64,000 nucleotides of DNA from Kiritimatiellia bacterium. GTDB taxonomy: Bacteria > Verrucomicrobiota > Kiritimatiellia > RFP12 > DVOR01. Positions 24,900 through 32,874 of this stretch are shown here, in pieces (positions within the stretch are counted from its first letter, which is position 1; each line of letters opens with the position of its first letter). Position numbers and translations under genes: made by a program. The notes beneath the pieces were generated by a model. It had not been told where the DNA came from. It saw nothing but the letters and a program-made list of their open reading frames with translations, and searched no databases. Location: the NCBI GenBank assembly GCA_017558005.1, contig JAFYWN010000009.1:13072-77071 (forward strand). Direction: 5' to 3'.

Positions 24900-25922
24900 A
24901 TGACAGCTTTTTCTGCTCATCAAAGCCGAGGGTCTGCGAAGCGTGTATTGGATGCGCTTCGTCCATTTAAACGCATTTTGATTACTGCGCATACGCGTCC
25001 AGATGGGGATGCGGTGGGCAGTTGTGTGGCGATGGCGCGCTTATTGAAGGCGAACGATTGGGAGCCGACGGTGGCGCTTTCTCCCGTGGGTATGGGGCCG
25101 CCGAAGTTCCTTTTGGAGTATGCTGAGGCAATTGCGCCAACCAATGTCCGCGCTCGTGACTACGATTGTGCGTTGGTTTTGGACTGTGGCGGTTTGGATC
25201 GTTTACCGGAAGGCCCGCTGCGCGATGCCGTGGCGCGCCTGCCGATTGTGAATATTGATCACCATGCTACGTCGCGCAAGCCCTTTGGGATTGCACGGTG
25301 GGTCGTGCCAGATGCGAGCAGCACGGGCGAACTGGTCTATCGCTTCGCCAAACGCTTTAAGTGGTCGCTTGATTGTTACACTGCAGAAGCCCTGTGGGTG
25401 GCATTGGTCACGGATACAGGACGCTTCGCTTACTCCTGCACGCAACCCGCCACGATGAAGGCGGCGGCAGAATTGTTGGAGTGCGGCGTAGATTCCTCTG
25501 CGATTAATGATCGCCTCTATCTGTACACCTCTGAAGGTGCCATGCTCTTGAAGCGTAAGGCGTATGATTCACTTACGACTTGCTTGCGAGGGCGTGTGGC
25601 TTACATTTGCTTGACGGCGCGCGATTTTCGTCGTGCGGGTGTGCCGAAGAGTGAAATTGAAGATGTGATTGATATCCCGCGTTCAATTCCAACAGCACAG
25701 GTCTCGCTTTTCTTCTACGAGACGAAGGATAAGCCTGGGCTGACGCGTCTAAGCATTCGCACGCGTGGGGATAATGAATCCTTTTCTGCGGCATCGATTG
25801 CGGCGCATTTCGGTGGCGGAGGGCATCTCCGTGCTGCAGGGTGCGACATTAAGTCTTCGCCCAAGGCGGCAATCGAAACGGTCAAAGCCTATTTGGCTTC
25901 ATTGTTTGAAGAAGAGAACTAA
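24900..25922 (+). CDS. nrnA: DHH/DHHA1 phosphoesterase (NrnA-type oligoribonuclease/pAp phosphatase)
   Basis: ITAHTRPDGDAVGS, NIDHHATS, C-terminal GGGGHLRAAG. Confidence 0.8.
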   Translation: MTAFSAHQSRGSAKRVLDALRPFKRILITAHTRPDGDAVGSCVAMARLLKANDWEPTVALSPVGMGPPKFLLEYAEAIAPTNVRARDYDCALVLDCGGLDRLPEGPLRDAVARLPIVNIDHHATSRKPFGIARWVVPDASSTGELVYRFAKRFKWSLDCYTAEALWVALVTDTGRFAYSCTQPATMKAAAELLECGVDSSAINDRLYLYTSEGAMLLKRKAYDSLTTCLRGRVAYICLTARDFRRAGVPKSEIEDVIDIPRSIPTAQVSLFFYETKDKPGLTRLSIRTRGDNESFSAASIAAHFGGGGHLRAAGCDIKSSPKAAIETVKAYLASLFEEEN

Positions 25923-25948
25923 TCGCTTACCTTTAAACGATGTGATTG

Positions 25949-25980
25949 AAGCGGACGTCTATAGGCGTCCGCTTTTCATT
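25949..25980 (+). terminator. intrinsic terminator
   Basis: aagcggacg / cgtccgctt 9-bp stem, 8-nt loop, ttttcatt. Confidence 0.65.
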
Positions 25981-26387
25981 TGGAGGCACTTCTGCTTCTG
26001 CTTGAGCGCAGAGGGCGGGGGCGTGTGGAAGTGTGGCCAATATTAATTGACGTGCTTCGGCAGTGCGCGTAGGAATCTTAGGAATGTGGACGTGTGGACT
26101 ATTGCCAATGCCAATCGTTAATCCCAATGATTGCCTATGCATTATTTGTAGGTGCGAACCTTGGCGTGGCAGGGTGGAGTAAAAGGGGACGAAGGGGTAG
26201 GGGCGGTACGCAGATTTGGACTGTTTCGGTGCGCAGATTGTGCGCGAAATTGACAAAATGAGGGGTACGCTACGATTTGAAAATACGATAAAAACGGATT
26301 TTTTCAACACTTTGAAGATTAATGCTTGCAATTTTACTTGCAAAAGCGCATACTTTAAATGGTTAAAGTCATCATAGAGAGACTCGG

Positions 26388-26828
26388 ATGAGAAAATTAG
26401 CATTGCTGATTTTGGCGTTTTTAACGTTCGGAGGCCTATTTGCTGCCTCCGAGATTGCGGATTTTGCCGCGCAGCAAGAGAAGGCGATTTTAGCACGTCT
26501 CGCACAAGAAAAAGTGCCCCTTCGCCGTCAACAGACAGAATTTCTTTGCCGTAAGAGCTACGCAAATGGTTTACTGCGTAAGCGTGACGTATTAATACGT
26601 AGCGGTCGGCTCACCACAGAAAAAGTGAAGGCGCTTCGTGAAGAGCGTCGTCGCATGGTAGAGCAATTAGAAGCCCTTGACAAAAAGATTGCCGAAGCTT
26701 CAATGGAAGCGCCGGAAATCGTCGAACTTCAGGCCATTATTGAGGCCAACAACAATCGCATCGAAGAACTGCATCAGAGCATTGCTCCGAATGAAGCAAA
26801 GCCTGCGCAGCCCGACGCCAAACCTTAA
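26388..26828 (+). CDS. hypothetical secreted coiled-coil protein
   Basis: Signal peptide MRKLALLILAFLTFGGLFA; charged helical remainder; 20 nt upstream of glgA. Confidence 0.55.
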   Translation: MRKLALLILAFLTFGGLFAASEIADFAAQQEKAILARLAQEKVPLRRQQTEFLCRKSYANGLLRKRDVLIRSGRLTTEKVKALREERRRMVEQLEALDKKIAEASMEAPEIVELQAIIEANNNRIEELHQSIAPNEAKPAQPDAKP

Positions 26829-26848
26829 AACCACCAGGAGAAATCATC

Positions 26849-28420
26849 ATGTCTCAGACAAAGAAAGTTGAGAAACGCAAACCGCGCATCCTAATCGTTA
26901 CACCAGAAATCACCTACTTGCCTGCCGGTATGGGCAATATGGCTGATAAGTTGAGTGCAAAGGCCGGCGGTTTGGCAGACGTCTCCGCAAGCTTGGTGGC
27001 ACGTTTGTTCCAGTTGGGCGCGGATGTCCATGTGGCATTGCCACACTATCGTCGCATGTTCCATGTGGACGTGGGTCGACTCATTGCAGATGAATTGCGT
27101 ACGTATCAGGCACACTTGCCGGATTCGCGTATTCACTTGGCTGAAGACCGTTGCTTCTACTATCGTGACACGGTGTACTCGCAGGGTGATGAAAACCCGC
27201 ACCTCGCACTCGCATTCCAGCGCGAAGTGATTAACAACATCATCCCGACCGTGCAGCCCGACCTCATCCACTGTAATGACTGGATGACCGGTTTGATCCC
27301 TGCTGCGGCACGTCGCCTTGGAATTCCCTGTCTCTTTACGATTCACAACATCCACACGGTGCACCGTTGCCTCGGCGAAATTGAATACGCAGGTATTGAC
27401 GCTGCAGAATTCTGGAAGAACCTCTTCTACTCGCGTCCTCCCTATGATTACTTTGAGAGCCGCGACACGAACCCCGTGGACTTCTTGACCTCTGGTGTCT
27501 TCGCCTCCCACTTCATCAACTCCGTGTCGCCGACCTTCCTTGAAGAAATCGTGCGCGGTTGGTTCGACTTCATCCCGGGGCAGTTCCGCAATGAAGTGAT
27601 TGCGAAGTACAACGCAGGCTGCGCTCGCGGTATCTTGAATGCTCCGGATGATAGCTACAATCCTGAAACGGACGCAAACTTGAAGGTGAACTACACCGCA
27701 CAGACCCACCATGCGGCAAAGATTTCCAACAAGATGCAGTTCCAGGAAAAGGTCGGTCTCTTCAAGAACCCCGACGCTCCGCTCTTCTTCTGGCCCAGCC
27801 GCCTTGACCCTGTGCAGAAGGGCCCGCAGCTCCTCACGGACATTCTCTACAAGGTGCTTGAAAAGTATCGCGACGACAATATTCAGTTCGCCGTGGTTGC
27901 TAACGGTCCTTATCAGCAGGCCTTCCGCGATATTCTCGGTTTCCACAATCTCTATGGCCGCTTGGCAGTGGTGGACTTCGACGAACACATCTCGCGCTTG
28001 GGCTATGCCTCTTCCGACTTCACCCTCATGCCCTCGCTCTTCGAACCTTGCGGTCTGCCGCAGATGGTCGCACCGATTTACGGCTCGCTCACCATTGCGC
28101 ATGATACCGGAGGTCTCCATGACACGGTTGAAATGCTGGATGTTGAAAACAACACCGGTAATGGCTTCCCCTTCAAGTTCTACGGCAGCGAAGGTTTGGA
28201 ATGGGCAATCGATCGCGCGATGGACTTCTATCGTCTGCCCACCGATGTCCGCGAAGCACAGATCTCTCGTATCATGGTCGATGCAAAGCAGCGCTTCAAC
28301 CACGAAGCCTGCGCAGCAGAGTACATCAAGATCTACGAAGAAATGCTCCAGCGTCCGTTGACCGAACTCTTTGACGGCGGCAACGAAAACCAGAACCCTT
28401 ACACGAACGGGGGAATGTAA
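26849..28420 (+). CDS. glgA: glycogen/starch synthase (GT5)
   Basis: RILIVTPE...KAGGLADV (KxGGL motif), HCNDWMTGL, and a C-terminal SLFEPCGLPQM block. Confidence 0.88.
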   Translation: MSQTKKVEKRKPRILIVTPEITYLPAGMGNMADKLSAKAGGLADVSASLVARLFQLGADVHVALPHYRRMFHVDVGRLIADELRTYQAHLPDSRIHLAEDRCFYYRDTVYSQGDENPHLALAFQREVINNIIPTVQPDLIHCNDWMTGLIPAAARRLGIPCLFTIHNIHTVHRCLGEIEYAGIDAAEFWKNLFYSRPPYDYFESRDTNPVDFLTSGVFASHFINSVSPTFLEEIVRGWFDFIPGQFRNEVIAKYNAGCARGILNAPDDSYNPETDANLKVNYTAQTHHAAKISNKMQFQEKVGLFKNPDAPLFFWPSRLDPVQKGPQLLTDILYKVLEKYRDDNIQFAVVANGPYQQAFRDILGFHNLYGRLAVVDFDEHISRLGYASSDFTLMPSLFEPCGLPQMVAPIYGSLTIAHDTGGLHDTVEMLDVENNTGNGFPFKFYGSEGLEWAIDRAMDFYRLPTDVREAQISRIMVDAKQRFNHEACAAEYIKIYEEMLQRPLTELFDGGNENQNPYTNGGM

Positions 28421-28421
28421 G

Positions 28422-30476
28422 ATGCCTTCTCCGCGTATGCGCCTTTTAGACGATCCGTGGCTTGCGCCCTATGCCGATGTCATTGAGCGTCGGGCGCAAC
28501 GCGCACAAGACACCGTAAAGCGTTTGACTGGCGGTCGGGACGACCCACAAGCATTGGTCGCGTTCGCAAGTGCACACGAGTATTACGGTCTCCACCGTAC
28601 AAAAGACGGATGGATCTTCCGTGAGTGGGCTCCGAACGCAACGCAAATCTGGTTGGTCGGTGATTTCTCTAATTGGGAAGTCCGTCCTGAATTCCAGGCT
28701 GTGCGTATTCCTGGGCGTGATGTCTTTGAGTGGCGAGGCTCCGAAGAGGCGCTTTGCCACGGTCAATTCTATCGCTTAGAAGTCTTGTGGAATGGTGGCC
28801 GCGGGGAACGTATCCCCGCGTATGCCCGTCGTGTGGTGCAGGATCCAGAGTCTGGATTGTTCGCTGCACAGGTTTGGCAGCCGCGTCCGTACCACTGGAA
28901 GAATGCCTTCACGCGTCCTGCTGTAGCGCCCGTGATTTACGAAGCGCACATCGGCATGGCGCAGGAAAAAGAAGGTGTCGGCACTTACACTGAATTTGCA
29001 GACGAAATCTTGCCACGCATTAAGGCGGCAGGGTACAACACGCTCCAGATTATGGGCATCATGGAGCATCCTTATTACGGTAGCTTCGGTTATCACGTCT
29101 CCAGTTTCTTTGCGGCCAGCTCGCGCTTTGGCACCCCTGAAGAACTGAAGGCTTTGATTGACAAGGCTCACGGGATGGGGATCGCGGTCATCATGGATAT
29201 CGTCCATTCGCATGCAGTGAAGAACGAGCGCGATGGTCTTTCTCGTTTTGATGGCACCGCCTATCAGTACTTCCATGACGGCTCGCGCGGTTGGCACGAT
29301 GCATGGGATTCGCGTTGCTTTGACTATGGCAAAACGGATGTCTTGCACTTCTTGCTTTCCAACTGCCGTTTCTGGTTGGACGAATTCCACTTTGATGGTT
29401 ATCGCTTTGACGGCGTGACTTCGATGCTCTATCTGCATCATGGTCTTGGCGTGGACTTCTCAAACTACGGTATGTACTTTGATTCCACCGTGGATGAAGA
29501 TGCGTGTGCGTACTTGACGCTCGCGAATGAAGTCATTCACACGGTGCGTCCGGATGCCTTGACCGTCGCAGAAGATGTCAGTGGTATGCCTGGTATTGGC
29601 GCACCGCTTGAAGAGTGTGGTATCGGCTTTGACTATCGCATGGCGATGGGTGTGCCGGAATGTTGGTTCAAGCTCGTCCGTGATATCCGCGATGAAGATT
29701 GGTCGGTGAGCTTCTTGTGGCATGAATTGACGAATCGTCGCGCAGATGAACGCACGGTGAATTACGTTGAATCCCATGACCAAGCACTCGTCGGCGGTAA
29801 GAGTTTCATCTTCCAGATGATTGATAAGGAGATGTATGAAGCCATGCATAAGGGCTCGCAGAATCTCCTCATTGATCGTGGCTTGGCCTTGCACAAAATG
29901 GCCCGTTTGGCAACACTTGGGTGTTGCTGTGCCTATTTGAACTTCATGGGTAATGAGTTTGGCCATCCGGAATGGATTGACTTCCCGCGTGAAGGCAACA
30001 ACAATAGCTATCACTACGCACGCCGTCAGTGGTCGCTCCGTGATAGTGATGAACTGCGCTTCAAGGGGCTTGGCGACTTTGATGAAGCGATGATGAAGCT
30101 TGTGGTCAATGGGCGTAAGGCGTTGGAAGGGACCTATCCGCGTCGCATTTACGCCAATGATGAAGACAAGATTCTCGCCTTCATGCGCGGTGAATTGCTC
30201 TTCATCTTTAACTTCCACTCTGAACAGTCTCTCGTAGATTACCCGTTGATTGTCCCGCCAGGTGTTTACCAGCACGCATTGGATACCGATGCCGAAGCAT
30301 TCGGTGGATTCAATCGCGTGATTCCTGGTCAGGAATTCCCGTTGACGACAATTGATCGTGAAAATGAACGTTGCTTTGCAATCCGTCTTTATCTTCCTGC
30401 ACGTACCGCATTGGTGATTGAGCGCATTCCGCCGCAGGTCGCCCGTGCGAGCCGTCCGAAGAAAAAGAAGGCGTAA
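28422..30476 (+). CDS. glgB: 1,4-alpha-glucan branching enzyme, eukaryote-like GH13_8 type
   Basis: WIFREWAPNATQIWLVGDFSNW, VIMDIVHSH, FDGYRFDGVTSMLYLHHG, GNEFGHPEW. These closely parallel the human GBE1 blocks as I recall them. ATG at 28422 is right after the glgA stop. Confidence 0.9.
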   Translation: MPSPRMRLLDDPWLAPYADVIERRAQRAQDTVKRLTGGRDDPQALVAFASAHEYYGLHRTKDGWIFREWAPNATQIWLVGDFSNWEVRPEFQAVRIPGRDVFEWRGSEEALCHGQFYRLEVLWNGGRGERIPAYARRVVQDPESGLFAAQVWQPRPYHWKNAFTRPAVAPVIYEAHIGMAQEKEGVGTYTEFADEILPRIKAAGYNTLQIMGIMEHPYYGSFGYHVSSFFAASSRFGTPEELKALIDKAHGMGIAVIMDIVHSHAVKNERDGLSRFDGTAYQYFHDGSRGWHDAWDSRCFDYGKTDVLHFLLSNCRFWLDEFHFDGYRFDGVTSMLYLHHGLGVDFSNYGMYFDSTVDEDACAYLTLANEVIHTVRPDALTVAEDVSGMPGIGAPLEECGIGFDYRMAMGVPECWFKLVRDIRDEDWSVSFLWHELTNRRADERTVNYVESHDQALVGGKSFIFQMIDKEMYEAMHKGSQNLLIDRGLALHKMARLATLGCCCAYLNFMGNEFGHPEWIDFPREGNNNSYHYARRQWSLRDSDELRFKGLGDFDEAMMKLVVNGRKALEGTYPRRIYANDEDKILAFMRGELLFIFNFHSEQSLVDYPLIVPPGVYQHALDTDAEAFGGFNRVIPGQEFPLTTIDRENERCFAIRLYLPARTALVIERIPPQVARASRPKKKKA

Positions 30477-30515
30477 TACGATTTTAACCAATCTGTATTG
30501 ATTGAGGAGTCTGTT

Positions 30516-31205
30516 ATGGTCACAGCGATTATTTTAGCTTCTGGTAGAGGCACCCGTATGGGAGCCGGGATGGATAAATGTTTCCTCTCTCTTGGGCCGC
30601 GCCCAGTAGTTGCTTGGTCGCTGCTTGCATTTGAAAGTTGCAAAGAGGTTGACCACATCATCTTGGTTGTTCGCAAGGAGCAAGTCGTTGCGGCGCGCGG
30701 ACTCCAGATGATGTTTGGCATCCGAAAGCTACAGAAGATTGTTGTTGGCGGCACGCGTCGCCAAGACTCTGTACAGGCTGCGTTAAAGGAAATTGACCCC
30801 TTTGAAACGCAATACGTGACCATTCACGATGCGGCACGCCCGTGTGTTTCCGCGGATTTAATCAGCGAAACCTTAAAGGCCGCACGTCGGTATGGAAGTG
30901 GCGTCGCAGCACATGCAATGACCGATACCATAAAGGTGGCTGGCAAGAATCTTGTGGTAGAATCAACCCCAGATCGCGCCACACTTTGGGCTGTTCAAAC
31001 TCCGCAAAGCTTCGCAACAGATAAACTTCTGCCTGCTTACGAGAAATTGGTCGCGCCGCGTTGTCCAATTGAATACACGGATGATGCGGCCGTCCTTGAA
31101 GCGAATGGCGGAACGGTTAAGCTCGTGAAGTGGGACGCTCCGAATATCAAAATTACTACGCCGATCGATTTGACGATTGCTGCGGCGTTGTTGCGACTGA
31201 GTTAA
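30516..31205 (+). CDS. ispD: 2-C-methyl-D-erythritol 4-phosphate cytidylyltransferase
   Basis: AIILASGRGTRMG, GGTRRQDSV, IHDAARP. ATG at 30516 with a gaggag RBS. Confidence 0.88.
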   Translation: MVTAIILASGRGTRMGAGMDKCFLSLGPRPVVAWSLLAFESCKEVDHIILVVRKEQVVAARGLQMMFGIRKLQKIVVGGTRRQDSVQAALKEIDPFETQYVTIHDAARPCVSADLISETLKAARRYGSGVAAHAMTDTIKVAGKNLVVESTPDRATLWAVQTPQSFATDKLLPAYEKLVAPRCPIEYTDDAAVLEANGGTVKLVKWDAPNIKITTPIDLTIAAALLRLS

Positions 31206-31211
31206 TTTTTT

Positions 31212-31961
31212 ATGGCAAAGCCAAAACGCTACGCAATTATTAGTGACATTCATTCCAACATTGAAGCCCTCGATGCCGTGATTGAAGATGCACGGCAGCA
31301 GGGGGTGACCGATTTCGTTTGTTTAGGAGATGTCGTCGGTTATAATGCCGCCCCACGTGAGTGCATTCAGCGTATTCGCGAATTAGGGTGTAAAGTCGTC
31401 AAAGGCAATCACGATCACTACTGTTCGGATCCGTTGGTTGACTTGGATGACTTCCAACCGAATGCAGCCAGTGTGATTGAGTGGACGCGTCGTAATATCT
31501 CGGAAGAGGATATGCAGTGGTTGCACAACTTGCCACTCTCTGCTGTCATCATGGGTTTCACGATTGTTCACTCCACACTTGATAGCCCTGAACACTTTCG
31601 TTATGCCTTTGATAAGCAGGACGCCGAAGATAGCTTCAATTACCAACGTACACGTGTTTGTTTCCATGGGCACACCCATGTGCCGTGCATCTTCAAACGA
31701 AGCACCTCGCATGGCATTGTCAAACTCGGTGCGGCGGATGGTTTGTTGGAGCAGGGGAATTACTTCATCAATGTCGGCTCCGTGGGGCAACCGCGTGACG
31801 GCATTCCTCAGGCGTGCTACCTCATCTTTACAACTGAAGGTCTCGCCAAACTTTCAATTGAGTTTCGTCGCGTAGACTATGATGTTGAATCTGCCGTCCA
31901 ACGTATCAAGGACGCAGGCCTGCCAGAGCGATTAATTAATCGTCTCTATACTGGGCAATAA
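31212..31961 (+). CDS. calcineurin-like metallophosphoesterase
   Basis: ISDIHSN, LGDVVGY, GNHD, HGHTH motifs. Confidence 0.8.
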   Translation: MAKPKRYAIISDIHSNIEALDAVIEDARQQGVTDFVCLGDVVGYNAAPRECIQRIRELGCKVVKGNHDHYCSDPLVDLDDFQPNAASVIEWTRRNISEEDMQWLHNLPLSAVIMGFTIVHSTLDSPEHFRYAFDKQDAEDSFNYQRTRVCFHGHTHVPCIFKRSTSHGIVKLGAADGLLEQGNYFINVGSVGQPRDGIPQACYLIFTTEGLAKLSIEFRRVDYDVESAVQRIKDAGLPERLINRLYTGQ

Positions 31962-32004
31962 TCTTTCTACCTCCGTTGATTCCTCGGAAAGGGCGCTCGG
32001 CCCA

Positions 32005-32511
32005 ATGCGTTTCGCATGCTCAGATTGTAAGAACCGAATTTCAACCGCGCGGTCTACCACTCGTGGGCAAGCGCTTGCGGAATTGGTCATTACATTGGTC
32101 GTCTTGGTGACGTTAGTTATTGGGGTGGCTACCTTGGCCCAGGTGTGTCTTCGTCAACAATTTTTACATCGAGACGTCCGCCTCAAAGCGGGTGAGAGCG
32201 CGCTAGCACGTAAAACCACTGGGTGGGTGGATCCCGTGCTCGGCGCAGAGAATCGCTCGGATACCGTCCATCGCATTAATGCTTATACCCATTTGGAACA
32301 ATACACTCCGGCCCTCACTTCTCGACTGCCGATGAGTCAGTACACCCTTTTTTCACGCGTTGTTTCGGATGGCGATCTCGGGTTAGAAGAGACCAAGATC
32401 GAGCAAACCTATCTTTTGGATGAGGCATTCATCCGTTTAATCTACGGTAAGGGCTCCATAATCCTTCGGGAAAGCCTTACCTTTCCCTCAACTTCTGGTA
32501 TTTGGGAGTGA
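32005..32511 (+). CDS. hypothetical protein with TadE-like N-terminal segment
   Basis: RGQALAELVITLVVLVTLVIG resembles the TadE/pseudopilin-like N-terminal hydrophobic helix; the rest is unrecognised. Confidence 0.4.
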   Translation: MRFACSDCKNRISTARSTTRGQALAELVITLVVLVTLVIGVATLAQVCLRQQFLHRDVRLKAGESALARKTTGWVDPVLGAENRSDTVHRINAYTHLEQYTPALTSRLPMSQYTLFSRVVSDGDLGLEETKIEQTYLLDEAFIRLIYGKGSIILRESLTFPSTSGIWE

Positions 32512-32874
32512 CGTTCACGCTTTATCCGTGCGTCATAATCGCTTCGTAGATTACGGCTAAAGAGCTGTAAACAGCGAAGTTTGCACGTGCTATTTTCCCT
32601 TTTGAACCCGATAATTCCTCGCAGTTTGGGAAACTGCAAGGAGGGGATGGAGTCGCTACGTCTTATGGTTGAGTCGGGAGTGGGGTGGGTGATGCCTTTG
32701 AGGTTAATGAGAAAGGGGCGTGAGAGAGGTGGACTGAGCGGAGATTTCTTTTATTAATGGGGAGATTAGCATTGAGTTGAGGAGGGGAGATATGCTATTA
32801 TTATTAGTAATCTGATAAGTGGCGATTTCGCCTGTTGGCGAGCCCTAAAATTTCGGAAAATAAGGAGTATCCTC

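Noticed and set aside
22779-24992. 737-aa ORF antisense to greA
   Set aside because: Its composition is dominated by R/H/Q/C with no motif. The plus-strand frame has a recognisable GreA C-terminal domain. This is a typical antisense shadow ORF in GC-rich coding DNA.
25933-26565. 210-aa minus-strand ORF
   Set aside because: It overlaps the start of the signal-peptide ORF at 26388 on the other strand and spans a terminator and promoter-like A/T-rich DNA. Its sequence is not protein-like.
26891-30491. 470-aa and 343-aa minus-strand ORFs opposite glgA and glgB
   Set aside because: They are shadow ORFs opposite genes with unambiguous GT5 and GH13 motifs.
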